From contig OZ244999.1 in the NCBI GenBank assembly GCA_965223265.1, forward strand, positions 1,536,001-1,600,000: a DNA stretch of 64,000 bases, read 5' to 3'. The notes beneath the pieces are model-generated. The model saw nothing but the letters and a program-made list of their open reading frames with translations, was not told the origin of the DNA and did no database searches. This DNA is from Planctomycetota bacterium (GTDB lineage: Bacteria > Planctomycetota > UBA8108 > SXIK01). The position numbers were made by a program, and so were the translations under genes. Within the stretch, counting starts at the first letter, position 1; each line of letters opens with the position of its first letter. Of the stretch, positions 52,506-62,366 are shown piece after piece.

Positions 52506-53633
52506 TTACCGAGCGTCCCCTCGGTCGAACACCGCGCGCGCATACTCCGCGCTCGCTAGGTCGAGCTGCTGCTGCGCCACGACAGGCAGCGCGATCTTCG
52601 TGCCGCCGAAGTTGTCGGTGACGTGTTCGACTTTTTCCGCGCCAGCGAGCACCGTGGTGATCTCCGGGCGGGAGAGTGCCCAGGCGATGCAGACCTGCGC
52701 ACGCGTTGCACCGATGTCGCGGGCGACCGCATCGAGCGCGTCGCGGACTTTCTCCATCGGGTTCCCTGGTTCGATCGGGCGCATTAGCCGGCCTTCCGAA
52801 AGAGGGCTGAACGCCATGATGCCGAGGTTGCCGTGGCGAATGAGCGGAAAGAGCTCCTTTTCGGCGAAGATGCCGCGGTCCCCTGCGGCGATGTTGTAGT
52901 AGTCCTGCAGGCTCGCCAGGGGCGCGAATCCTGGCTCGCGGCTCTTCGCGATCATGGCGGCGATCGATGCGGGCGGGTGATTTGAAACGCCCCAGTAGCG
53001 AATCTTGCCTGACTTGACGAGGGCGCTCATCGACTCGACGATCTCTTCGGGTGGGGTGACGTCATCAGGACCGTGCAGCGAATAGATATCGATGGAATCG
53101 GTGCCGAGACGCCGGAGGCTGCCTTCGCAGTGCTTGAAGAGGCGCTCGCGCGTGAATGGCATGCGAGGAGTGTCGGGTCCATCCGTTTCAGGAATCTTGG
53201 TCGAAATGACGATGCGATCCCTTTTGCCCTTCACGGCGACGCCGAGGAGCTCTTCGGCTCCGCCCCAGCCGTAAGCTTCAGCAGTGTCGAAGAAGTTCAC
53301 GCCGATGTCGATGGCGTGTTCGAGCACACGCCGACCGAGCTCGTTTTCTTTGCTGCGTCCCTTCGGTCCCATCTCCCGAAACGCCGTCCCTTGGCAGAGT
53401 CGCGAAACGTAGAGGTCGGTGTGGCCGTAGCGAACGCGATCGCCGCTGGATCCACTGGAGAAGTGGCGGCAGCCGCTCAGTCCGCCGACGAACGCTGCGC
53501 CGGCCAATGCGGCGCAGGATTTCAGGAAGTCGCGACGGTCGGCGCTGGCGGGCCGCTGTTCTCGCGGCGAGCGCGCTGGCGCGGTGGTGGATTGTTTCGT
53601 GTCGGTCGTCGGGCGGTGAGTCGTCTCGGTCAT
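52506..53633 (-). CDS. Aldo/keto reductase with Tat (lipoprotein-like) signal
   Basis: DRRDFLK..LSGC; FFDTAEAYG, ISTK, SLRRLGTDSIDIYSLH, GKIRYWGVSN, FSPLSEG. Confidence 0.9.
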   Translation of the reverse strand: MTETTHRPTTDTKQSTTAPARSPREQRPASADRRDFLKSCAALAGAAFVGGLSGCRHFSSGSSGDRVRYGHTDLYVSRLCQGTAFREMGPKGRSKENELGRRVLEHAIDIGVNFFDTAEAYGWGGAEELLGVAVKGKRDRIVISTKIPETDGPDTPRMPFTRERLFKHCEGSLRRLGTDSIDIYSLHGPDDVTPPEEIVESMSALVKSGKIRYWGVSNHPPASIAAMIAKSREPGFAPLASLQDYYNIAAGDRGIFAEKELFPLIRHGNLGIMAFSPLSEGRLMRPIEPGNPMEKVRDALDAVARDIGATRAQVCIAWALSRPEITTVLAGAEKVEHVTDNFGGTKIALPVVAQQQLDLASAEYARAVFDRGDAR

Positions 53634-53774
53634 GTCAGGTCCCGTTGAAGGTCCGTAGGCAGCGTGCGTGAGGAGGTTGACCTTACTTATGCCACCTGGC
53701 TGCTGGCGTCAACGGTGAACCAGGAGCGCTCAACGGTATACCCCCCAAAAGAAGCACATGCCGTCACGCATCGC

Positions 53775-54149
53775 TCACGACGTGACGTCCCCCGGCGACC
53801 TGGCTTGTGGAGCCACCTCTTCACCCGAGCGCCGCAGCCGACCGGTGATGAGCAGCGGCCAGACGACGACTCCTACGGCGGTTGCCCCCAGCAGTCCGCA
53901 CTCGCCGAACCAGTTCGCGTAGACGATCTGCCTGTATTCGTACAGCGGTTGGCATCCATCGTCACCGCAGGCGAATCCCATGGCCACCGGCGACCTGGCG
54001 AAAGCAAACTCCCGTTTGTGGAGAATCCCGCTGGAGGTCTGTCCAAAGTCCTCGACCGGCGGAAAGAGAACACTCAGAAGGAGCAAGCATCCGGCCATCG
54101 CGAGGAGCGCTCTTTGGCCGAACCCGAGTTGAAGAAGGAATCGTCGCAT
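53775..54149 (-). CDS. Small hypothetical 2-TM membrane protein
   Basis: ATG 54149 with GGAGG RBS; two hydrophobic helices flanking a loop (LFPP..CGDDGC). Confidence 0.55.
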   Translation of the reverse strand: MRRFLLQLGFGQRALLAMAGCLLLLSVLFPPVEDFGQTSSGILHKREFAFARSPVAMGFACGDDGCQPLYEYRQIVYANWFGECGLLGATAVGVVVWPLLITGRLRRSGEEVAPQARSPGDVTS

Positions 54150-54243
54150 CGTTCGTGCCTCCAGGAAACTGAATCGAACTCTACCTCTCAAGACGGTCGA
54201 GGCAGGCGGTTTCTTAGTCTCGAGTTTTTCGCTTCTGCGCAGC

Positions 54244-54317
54244 AAAGTAGCAGGCACACTCCGTGTGCCGTTCCCTCTTTTCTCCGGCCACGGCCCACAG
54301 AGTGTGCCTGCTACTTT
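54244..54317. repeat. Inverted REP doublet (REPIN-like; copies 3 and 4)
   Basis: 54244-54271 forward REP and 54290-54317 reverse REP (2 mismatches), 18-nt spacer. Confidence 0.85.
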
Positions 54318-54567
54318 CAGTTTGTCCGCAGCCACTCTCACGGGCAGCTCGTAGGGCAATCCACGCGTGTCGCCGCGTGTTCTCGACCTGCATTTACGTG
54401 GACTCTTGCGCCGTTCAGGGGTGTAGAATGGCGTCACAAAACCTCACGCGTCCCAGTCCCAGCTAGCCGACTTCATGGCGGGCTCGGATAGGTGTGGGCG
54501 CGCCTCTGCCGAATGACCGAAGTTCCGTCTGATCATCGTCACTCGAGTTCTCGATAGGAGATGATTC

Positions 54568-55482
54568 ATGCGCACCTCACAAGCGATCGGCATCTTGGGA
54601 GCGACCTTGCTCTCCGTGTTTCCTACGCGCGGCGGCAGCTCACTCAAGGCGCAGACGACGTTCGTGCGCGGCGACGTCGACGTCGACGGATCTCTCAGTG
54701 TGACTGACGCCGTGCGCATCCTGCGGCATCTCTTTGCAACGCGGCCGGTCCAGCTCGACTGTGCCGACGCGGCGGATGTTGATGACAACGGGCGTCTGCA
54801 GGTGACCGATGCGATCGCGCTGCTGAGTTTTCTTTTCGCCAGCGGCACCGAGCTGGCAGCGCCGTTTCCCACCTGTGGTGCGGATCTCACTCTTGATGAC
54901 TTGGGGTGTGAGTTCGCGCCGCCGTGCGGGGAATTGTCCTTCGCGGGCCTGCCACTCAAAGGAGACGGCCTCTTTTTCGTCGTCGATCGATCCGGATCGA
55001 TGCAGGACGAGGGAGAGTTAGCGATCGCCAAGCGAGAACTTGTCCGCACCTTGAGCCACCTTCCGCCTGACTATGAATTCAGCATTGTTTTCTTCGACCA
55101 AGGGCTCGTTCAGTTTCCGGCGGACGGGAGTCCATTCTCCGCCACGCCTGAGAACATCGAGGCTGCCGTTGAGTGGGTCGCTTCCGTTCCGGGCAGCGGC
55201 GGCACGTGTCCACAGCGGGGGCTCCTGAGCGCTTTAGACACCGCGACGAGGTCGACGGCAGACCAAAAGGAGATCGTCTTCGTCGGCGACGGCGGCGCCG
55301 TGTGCGGCGGCGACAACGAGTTTTTGCATCTGCAGGAGACGCTTTCCGTGGTCGGTGAGCAGAACACCGAGGGCGTGACGATCGACAGCGTCGGCATCCT
55401 CGACCTCGGCGTCACCCAGCGGGAGTTTTTGCGAAAACTCGCCGCGCAAAACGGCGGCGAATTTGTGCAGTTCTCGCTCTAG
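54568..55482 (+). CDS. Dockerin-like + von Willebrand factor A domain secreted protein
   Basis: Signal peptide; FVRGDVDVDG..TDAV / DVDDNG..TDAI; FVVDRSGSM (MIDAS DxSxS), GGT, VGDG, LRKLAAQNGG. Confidence 0.88.
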   Translation: MRTSQAIGILGATLLSVFPTRGGSSLKAQTTFVRGDVDVDGSLSVTDAVRILRHLFATRPVQLDCADAADVDDNGRLQVTDAIALLSFLFASGTELAAPFPTCGADLTLDDLGCEFAPPCGELSFAGLPLKGDGLFFVVDRSGSMQDEGELAIAKRELVRTLSHLPPDYEFSIVFFDQGLVQFPADGSPFSATPENIEAAVEWVASVPGSGGTCPQRGLLSALDTATRSTADQKEIVFVGDGGAVCGGDNEFLHLQETLSVVGEQNTEGVTIDSVGILDLGVTQREFLRKLAAQNGGEFVQFSL

Positions 55483-55528
55483 GACGACCCGCGCCGCAGC
55501 ATTGAGCAGCTCTCGATCGAGGGGCGCA

Positions 55529-56005
55529 ATGAAACGCCAACGCAACTCCGCTCTCGTTTGGTGGTTGCTCGTTTGCCCATTTCTCATTCTGCGTCTTCTT
55601 GCTGGCGAGCAGCCGGCGATTGCGGGGCCGAGTCCAATGCGTCCGCTTCTGCTGGCCCTCGCTGGCGCGTTCCTTGGAAGCTTCATCCTTTTTGGCCTCA
55701 TCGCGTTTGTCTTCGGGATTTCCGCCATGAGTCTACCGTGCCGCCAAAAGCTCGCGGCTTTACGTTGGCGAGTTGTCGGCACGCTAGGGATGGGGTTGTC
55801 CTATGGAGCTGGCGGGGCAGCCTGGGAGTTTTCAGACAAATTGGACTTCCCGCACAACCTGACCGTACTTCTCGTTGTCAGCGTTGTCATTGGCTTCTTC
55901 ACAACCGAGTGCGGGCAGGCGCTTCTGCGCATCCAAAGAATCAACCGGCGTCTGTGGGGGCAAGATCTTCACGGCGAGCCAACGGAGACGGAACGCAACC
56001 CGTAG
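55529..56005 (+). CDS. Hypothetical membrane protein, homologous to the C-terminal TM domain of 57770..58792 and 61196..62308
   Basis: PCRQKLAALRWRV..LSYGA..FTTE..ALLRIQRINRRLW matches the paralogs. Confidence 0.72.
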   Translation: MKRQRNSALVWWLLVCPFLILRLLAGEQPAIAGPSPMRPLLLALAGAFLGSFILFGLIAFVFGISAMSLPCRQKLAALRWRVVGTLGMGLSYGAGGAAWEFSDKLDFPHNLTVLLVVSVVIGFFTTECGQALLRIQRINRRLWGQDLHGEPTETERNP

Positions 56006-56044
56006 GCGACTGATCGTTCCGGTTGGCGGTGGCATTTCCCGCGC

Positions 56045-56211
56045 TTAACAGCCGGTTGAAAAAGTCATTCGGCCGAGAAACTGGCCTCTTCACGCCCAGA
56101 TCGACCGCGGCGAGCCTCGAAAATCTCGGAGATTACCTGCGTTCGCCGCGACCGATCTGGACGCGAAGCGACCAGTTTTCGACTCGAAGCACTTTTTCAA
56201 CAGGCTGTTAA
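56045..56211. mobile_element. Non-autonomous miniature inverted-repeat element (MITE)
   Basis: Ends TTAACAGCCGGTTGAAAAAGT and ACTTTTTCAACAGGCTGTTAA (20/21 inverted match, TTAA at both ends); long internal imperfect inverted repeat; no coding capacity. Confidence 0.8.
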
Positions 56212-56663
56212 CACGCAACGAGCGCTGTTCGGACGAATTCCGAGTTCGTTGTGAGACTCGACGGAAGCGACGCTCGGCGCTCCGCGCGAGGACTTTCGGC
56301 AACGCAGCCTCCCTCGGGCCGGAGTCTGAGCGATCGGACGAGCTCGTAGCTCAGGCGATCGATTCCACCCCAGAAGGAACTGCGCCTGACTCTCAGCGAC
56401 GATTTTTCACTTTCCTCGTGGTTCTTTTCCCCACACGATAAAGATCCACGCGGCAGTTCATTTCGGTGCGGCGATGGGTGTCCGAGTGTGACGCCCCCAA
56501 AAATCATGGGCGGAATGAAAACGGGGGACAGGCTGTGTGAGGAAAGGCGGAGTTTTTTCGACTTCGTACCTCGCCTCATCGTGGACGTTCACGCGCCGCT
56601 TGCCGCAGGACGGACAGGGCACACGGTCGATTTCGAGTGAGCAGCTACCGGCACAGGAGACAG

Positions 56664-57773
56664 ATGAAACGCCAAGGCAACTGGACTCTCATTTGGATGT
56701 TTATTCTGTTCAACTTTGTCCTTCTGTTTGACCTGTATTTGAGACGACGCGACACGACGGACATGCTGTCCGACTTCTCGCGCACCAAGATCGAAGCGAC
56801 GGTGGAGACACTGCGGAGCCGGCTCGAATTTCTCGAACTGGGCATGCAGTTTCTTGCGGCGAACAACTCCGGCACAGCCACCGGAGGTACTACGGCAGGC
56901 CCAATCGCACCGGTGGGCGCGACGCCGTCTGGAGGACAGAACGACCCTCTGGATGCGAGCCCTGTTTCATCGAACCCGCCCGGAGGCGTTGATGCAGCGG
57001 CACTCGCAGGAATTCAACTGCCGGCGGATCCGACGCGCGAGCAGGTCGTCGACTACGTGCGCAGGATCTGTGAAGTCTCGAGTCGACAGACGCGGTTTAC
57101 GTCCAGTGATCCGCAGATTTGGCTGTTGTCACGCGTTGGGCCTGAGAACTTTCATGTTCTCCTCCAGTTCTATGACCGTCAGCTATCCATCTACTTCGAT
57201 CGTGTGCTTGGCGCTTTTGCACGCGAGGAGCACAAGCAAGCTGTAATCGAAGCCTTGCGCCTTAAGAGCGGTTTGGTCCGTCTCGTCGTCGAAATGGGGT
57301 GGGAGGCCGATGCGCGTGAAGTCTTGTTCAGCGAGCTCAAGCGCCAGCCGAGCGACCTGCCAACGGACTGGATCAAGGCGGTCGCGCGACTCCCCAATCC
57401 GCCGTATGACGATCTGCTCGAGTATCTTCGGACGGGTCTCAACAAGAGATATACGTACGAAGCGTTGGAGACGCTTCCGAAGATCGATCTCGACGCATCG
57501 ATCGCTGATGTGTGGAAGCGACGCGAGGGCCGCGATGGGGAACTTGCGGCGATCGCGATGGCGCATGGTCACACAGAGGCGATCGGGGAATTGATCGAGG
57601 CGCTGCCGTTCGAGCATCCGTACCGGCGCCACCGTTTGCTGGAGGCGATCTATCGCCACCTACCCGTCCGTGGTGGCGAAAAAGAGATCACCGCATGGTT
57701 CCACAAGCACAAGGACCGTTTGAGGTGGGATGCGGGTGAGCGAGAGTACGTCACCGAAGGAGAAGACCCGTGA
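56664..57773 (+). CDS. Hypothetical membrane-anchored helical protein (type A, copy 1)
   Basis: ATG 56664 with AGGAGA RBS; N-terminal TM, short coiled coil, Pro/Gly linker, domain strongly similar to 60129..61199. Confidence 0.8.
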   Translation: MKRQGNWTLIWMFILFNFVLLFDLYLRRRDTTDMLSDFSRTKIEATVETLRSRLEFLELGMQFLAANNSGTATGGTTAGPIAPVGATPSGGQNDPLDASPVSSNPPGGVDAAALAGIQLPADPTREQVVDYVRRICEVSSRQTRFTSSDPQIWLLSRVGPENFHVLLQFYDRQLSIYFDRVLGAFAREEHKQAVIEALRLKSGLVRLVVEMGWEADAREVLFSELKRQPSDLPTDWIKAVARLPNPPYDDLLEYLRTGLNKRYTYEALETLPKIDLDASIADVWKRREGRDGELAAIAMAHGHTEAIGELIEALPFEHPYRRHRLLEAIYRHLPVRGGEKEITAWFHKHKDRLRWDAGEREYVTEGEDP

Positions 57774-58792
57774 CGCGGTATCGGGGTCGTGGTAGGTCAC
57801 GGCCAGCGAGCGCCGCGCACACTGGGATCCCCTGGGGGCGAACGGGTTTTCTGCGTGCCAGCGTGCTTTGCGCTCTGATCGCGTTTTTTTGGGGGACCGC
57901 TTGCGCGCCAAGTCCCATTGAGGGCGGCGGTCTTTTTGGCCCTCGTTTTCGGATCACCAACCTCTTTGGTTGGGTTGCATTCGAGAGAGATGATTGGCGG
58001 CGAATGAGCAGGCGCCAAAAAAAGCGGGTGGCGAGGCCGGGCGGGCCAGAGATCAGCTGCTCGCTAAGCGCTCCCAAGGAGGGCTCGACGAGCATGAGGC
58101 AGGCACCCGCCATGGTCTATGTGACGGAGATCCCCTTCACCTCACGCGGCGTCACCTTGGCGAATTACCTAGCGTTCTTTAAGCACTGCGGCTTATCAGT
58201 GAGCGCGGTCAACCTCGGACAGGCGAACGGTTTCCTCGTTCAAGGGGCTGGCGGTCCGATCGCGACCGGGCTTCCGGGGTATGTCTCCGAAGTGTTTTTG
58301 ATCCCTTCGGGAGACAAAGTGGTGCGGATTGACTGTGCCGCGGCGCCGGAGCGCTACCGCGAGTTCAAGTCGAAGTTCCAGGCGATCCTCGCGACGTTTC
58401 AGTGGGTGACTGGCGGCTACGTTCCCGGCAGCCTCCAGTTGCTGGGTCAGAGTCAAGAGCGCAAGCTTCAGGTGCGCCTCGCCGCTTGGTTTGCTGGAAT
58501 CGGAGGCCTCGCTGGAGTCATCGCGCTGATGGTCGGATGTACTGCCATGGGTCGGCCGTGTCGTCAGAGGCTCGTGGCCTTGCATTGGCGCGTCATCGTC
58601 ATGCTGGTGATGGTGTTGTCCTTCGGCGCTGCCGCATCTGCCGAGTTTCTTCCGTATGGCGATTGGGACTTTCGCGGCGGTCTTGCCGTGCCTCTTGCGC
58701 TTTGTGTTTTTCTCGGCACCTTCACCGTAGAGTCTTCGAAGGCGCTGCTGCGCCTCCGCAGAATCAACCGCCGTCTATGGAGTTCTTCGTGA
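57770..58792 (+). CDS. Hypothetical protein, PsbP/DcrB-like domain plus C-terminal TMs (type B, copy 1)
   Basis: GTGA overlap; GTAC lipobox-like motif; KVVRIDC....RY.EF...FQAILATFQW; three TM helices; paralog of 61196..62308. Confidence 0.75.
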   Translation: MTRYRGRGRSRPASAAHTGIPWGRTGFLRASVLCALIAFFWGTACAPSPIEGGGLFGPRFRITNLFGWVAFERDDWRRMSRRQKKRVARPGGPEISCSLSAPKEGSTSMRQAPAMVYVTEIPFTSRGVTLANYLAFFKHCGLSVSAVNLGQANGFLVQGAGGPIATGLPGYVSEVFLIPSGDKVVRIDCAAAPERYREFKSKFQAILATFQWVTGGYVPGSLQLLGQSQERKLQVRLAAWFAGIGGLAGVIALMVGCTAMGRPCRQRLVALHWRVIVMLVMVLSFGAAASAEFLPYGDWDFRGGLAVPLALCVFLGTFTVESSKALLRLRRINRRLWSSS

Positions 58793-59005
58793 CAGGTTCA
58801 CGCTTTTTCGTCGACGGACCTCGGCCAGCGTCACTTGAAAACGCGACAGATCGGCGCTATCACCAAGGGGTGCTTCGGGGGAGCGTGAGATCGAGACACC
58901 GCGATAGGAAGTCGTGACGCGGAGTGAACGTCAAGGAACGCGTACGATGCGAGTCGAGACGAACACACGTTCCATCATGTCGGCCGAGCACGAAAGGAGG
59001 CACCG

Positions 59006-59899
59006 ATGGCGAGCGAAGGCGGCAGGCCGAGTCGCGGCGATCTAACCCCCGAGACTATGGTTGAGAGGCCCTCGCGTAATCATCGGCGGCCTGCGATTCT
59101 TCTCGTCGTCGTGGTGTCGATGCCTCTCGCAGCGCTTCTCTTGTTCATGGCCAAGCAGAGCTTCGATCGCTCGGTGAGTCGCGCGCTCGGTGAAGGGCTC
59201 GCGGACACTGCGTCCCGCGCGAAGGAAGCGATTTCGCGTTGGGACGGGGAGGACTGGCAGAAAGTGTATCGAGCCGCTGGAGCCGTTTTCGATTTGACGA
59301 CTCTGGGCAAGGAGGTCGAGCGGCTGCCCTTACCCTGCAGTGCATTCGACCAAGTGGTCACGGCGACGAAACGGACTCTTCGTCAGGAGGACGTCTTGAC
59401 CGCGGCGTTGACGCATTGGATGCGACAGGACCTCCTCGAGAGGGTGGAGGCACCGTCGACCAGCGCAAGGCCTTTGGCGGATCTCGCCACCCTAGAAATC
59501 CTTGAGTTTGCTCGCCGGCAGAGCCTCGGCGAGAAAGGACGGGCGGAGCTCGGGCGAGCAGAGCACGCGGTCGCGCGTGCAGTGGCAGCTGCTCCGATTC
59601 ATTGGCGGCCTCGTTTTCTACAAGCCGCGCTGAAGTACCTGGAGTCATACGGTAAGCCGCATCATGACGAGGCGATTCGCGCGTTCGAGGAGCTCCTGGA
59701 TCGCCAGGCATCCGAGCCGCGGCGAGACGAACACGTCTGGACCTATCTTTTCCTCGGGAATCTCTATCTCGAAGCGCGCTCGAGGATCGAGGCACGGGAG
59801 ATTTGGCAGAGGGGACTGGAGGTTTTTCCCGAGGACGATCGGCTTTCCGGTCGTCTTCAGCAGTATCCATCGCACTCTTCCACGAGCCGAGGTCTTTGA
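59006..59899 (+). CDS. Membrane-anchored tetratricopeptide-repeat protein
   Basis: GGGAGG RBS; N-terminal TM; YLFLGNLY....EAREIWQRGLEVFP TPR consensus. Confidence 0.75.
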   Translation: MASEGGRPSRGDLTPETMVERPSRNHRRPAILLVVVVSMPLAALLLFMAKQSFDRSVSRALGEGLADTASRAKEAISRWDGEDWQKVYRAAGAVFDLTTLGKEVERLPLPCSAFDQVVTATKRTLRQEDVLTAALTHWMRQDLLERVEAPSTSARPLADLATLEILEFARRQSLGEKGRAELGRAEHAVARAVAAAPIHWRPRFLQAALKYLESYGKPHHDEAIRAFEELLDRQASEPRRDEHVWTYLFLGNLYLEARSRIEAREIWQRGLEVFPEDDRLSGRLQQYPSHSSTSRGL

Positions 59900-60128
59900 G
59901 AACTGAGAGCTATCGAAGATCTTGCCTTGAGTTGTTCCGCGGGTGCCGCGAGTCGAAGGGAGCAACATGCGTCGAGCGCTTCTTCAGAGTATGGCTACTG
60001 GATTATCTATGAGCTCCCGCGGCGGCGACCTTCTTGTGCCGTCGGTTTGCTCGCAGACGCTTCGGAGAATACGTGGCGAGCTTGGTTGAGACGTTCGCGA
60101 CCAAATCTGAAAGGAAGGGGGCATCCGA

Positions 60129-61199
60129 ATGGATCCAGAACGCGAGAAAACCGAGTTGAGCAGCCAACGGCAGCGAAACGGTACTAAACTGAGGCCCAGT
60201 GCGAATTTGGTCTGGGCGTTCTGTCTGTGCCTCATCGTCATTCTGTTCGACGGCTATACGAGACGTCGCGATACGCAGCCAGACTTTTCGCTGCGGCTCG
60301 AGCAGTCAGCGATGCAATCACTTCAGAGTCGACTCGAGTTTCTTGAAATAGGAATGCGGTTCGCTACGGCAGACAAGACGAAATTAGCCGCGAACGGCTC
60401 AGGGGGGCCCGATCTGGCGGCGTTAGCGAAAATCCAGCCACCCGTCGATCGGTCACGGGAGCAGCTCGAAGAGTACGTGCGCAAGATCTGTGAGGTCTCG
60501 AGTCGGCAGACGCGATTCAGCTTTCGCGATCCGCAGGTTTGGCTGTTGTCACAGGTGGGGCCGGAGAACTTTGACGTCCTCCTCGAGTTCTATGACCGTC
60601 GCTTATCGTATTACTTCAATCGCGTGCTCGGCGCGTTCGCACGCGAAGAGCACAAGCAAGCTGTGATCGACGCGATGCGGTCCTCGTCTCGTCAGGATTT
60701 GGTCAGCCTCGTCATCGAGAAGGGCTGGGAAGCGGATGCGCGCGAATCCTTGATCAGCAAACTTGAGAGTCAGCCGCGCTACCTTCCGCCGGACTGGATC
60801 AAGGCGATCGCGCGGCTGCCCGATCCGCCGTACGAAGATTTGTTCGAGTATCTTCGGACGGGTATGAATAAGACACAAACATACGAAGCATTGGAATCGC
60901 TTCCAAATATCGATCTCGATGCGTCGATCGCAGACGTGTGGGCACGACGCGAGGGTAGCGACGCGGATCTTGCCGCGATCGCGTTGGCACACGGTCATAC
61001 GGACGCGATCGGGGAATTGATCGGGGAGTTGCCTCTAGCACTCCCGACCGATCGACGACGCCTACGCGAGACGATCGAACGTCATGTGCCGGTTCGCGGT
61101 GGCATCGCAGAAATGACCGCGTGGTTCGAGGTGCACAAGGATCTCCTGAGGTGGGATGCGGGTGAAAGGGAGTACTACATCGAGGGAGACGAACGGTGA
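60129..61199 (+). CDS. Hypothetical membrane-anchored helical protein (type A, copy 2)
   Basis: YVRKICEVSSRQTRF..DPQVWLLSQVGPENF..LGAFAREEHKQAVI nearly identical to copy 1. Confidence 0.8.
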   Translation: MDPEREKTELSSQRQRNGTKLRPSANLVWAFCLCLIVILFDGYTRRRDTQPDFSLRLEQSAMQSLQSRLEFLEIGMRFATADKTKLAANGSGGPDLAALAKIQPPVDRSREQLEEYVRKICEVSSRQTRFSFRDPQVWLLSQVGPENFDVLLEFYDRRLSYYFNRVLGAFAREEHKQAVIDAMRSSSRQDLVSLVIEKGWEADARESLISKLESQPRYLPPDWIKAIARLPDPPYEDLFEYLRTGMNKTQTYEALESLPNIDLDASIADVWARREGSDADLAAIALAHGHTDAIGELIGELPLALPTDRRRLRETIERHVPVRGGIAEMTAWFEVHKDLLRWDAGEREYYIEGDER

Positions 61200-62308
61200 G
61201 GCGGTATCCGGGGCGCAAAAGGTCGCGGCCGCTCGCTCGTTGGCTTCTTGGACGACGGCGGGCGTTCCGCTCCACTCGGCGGCGCGGACCTGACGGCCGC
61301 TCAGGTTTAACGTCAACGCTGAACCGCTCGGCGGCGATGCTGCCGATCGCCACAACGAGCAAGATCTGCCGGCTACGTAGGGCAATTTCGCGTGTCATCG
61401 TGCTTTGCGCTGCGATTCCGACGCTGGGAACTGCCTGCGCGCCACGCTCCATCGAAGGCGGTGGCCCTGTTGGCCAGCGTTTTCGGATTGACAACGTCTA
61501 CGGTTGGACTGTTTTTCAACGGGATGATCGGGGACGAGCGAAAGAGCGTCAAGACAAGCTGTTGGTGAGACCAGATCGGCCTCAGATCAGCTGCTCGCTG
61601 AGTGCTCCCAAGGGCTTCACGAGAACGAGGCGGACACCCGCCATGGTCTACGTCACGGAGACTTCTTTCCCCCCACTTTACGTCACATTGGCAGATTACA
61701 TGGAGTTCTTCGAGCACTGTGGCTTGACTGTGAGCGCGGTCGACGTCGGGCAGGCAAGTGGTTTCCGCATTCAAGGGGCTGGCGGTCCGATCGCGACCGG
61801 GCTTCCGGGGTATGTCTCCGACGTGTTTTTGATCCCGTCCGGAAACAAGGTCGTGCGAATCGACTGCGCTGCGACGCCAGAGCGCTACGGCGAGTTCAAG
61901 CCGAAGTTCCAGTCGATTCTTGCGACCTTTCAGTGGCTGCCCGGCGGCCTGCGGTTGCCGGGTCAGAGTCAAGAGCGCAAGCTTCAGGTGCAGCTCGCTG
62001 CTTGGTTTGCTGGAAGCGGAGCCTTGTTTGGCGTCGTCGCATTCATCTTTCATTTCGCTGCGATCAATTCATCATGTCGCGAGAAACTCCCGGCCTTGCG
62101 ATGGCACGTCATCGGCATGCTGGTGATGGTGTTGTCCTTTGGTGCAGCTGCCGCGTTTTTCGTGTTTTTCCCAGATGATTGGGATTTTCGCGGCCGTCTT
62201 GCCGCGCCTCTTGCGCTTTGTGTCTTTCTCGGCACCTTCACCATAGAGTCTTCGAAGGCGCTTTTGCGCATCCGCAGGATCAACCGTCGTCTATGGAGTC
62301 CTTCGTGA
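61196..62308 (+). CDS. Hypothetical protein, PsbP/DcrB-like domain plus TMs (type B, copy 2)
   Basis: GTGA overlap; shares a 52-nt identical stretch (61770-61821 vs 58239-58290) with copy 1. Confidence 0.75.
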   Translation: MRRYPGRKRSRPLARWLLGRRRAFRSTRRRGPDGRSGLTSTLNRSAAMLPIATTSKICRLRRAISRVIVLCAAIPTLGTACAPRSIEGGGPVGQRFRIDNVYGWTVFQRDDRGRAKERQDKLLVRPDRPQISCSLSAPKGFTRTRRTPAMVYVTETSFPPLYVTLADYMEFFEHCGLTVSAVDVGQASGFRIQGAGGPIATGLPGYVSDVFLIPSGNKVVRIDCAATPERYGEFKPKFQSILATFQWLPGGLRLPGQSQERKLQVQLAAWFAGSGALFGVVAFIFHFAAINSSCREKLPALRWHVIGMLVMVLSFGAAAAFFVFFPDDWDFRGRLAAPLALCVFLGTFTIESSKALLRIRRINRRLWSPS

Positions 62309-62366
62309 CCGACAAATGCAATGAGCTGAGACGGCAGTCTCACAATCTGGCAACGACGAACCGAGT

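Noticed and set aside
52414-52899. Candidate immunity ORF after the RHS gene
   Set aside because: TTG start, mostly antisense to the aldo/keto reductase, no RBS, shadow-like composition.
53664-54491. 275-aa plus-strand ORF
   Set aside because: Runs through the REP doublet and opposite a more credible membrane-protein gene; low-complexity Arg/Ser/Pro composition.
58835-58863. Sigma-70-like promoter TTGAAA-N17-TATCAC
   Set aside because: The -10 lacks the conserved final T; cannot be told from chance without expression data.
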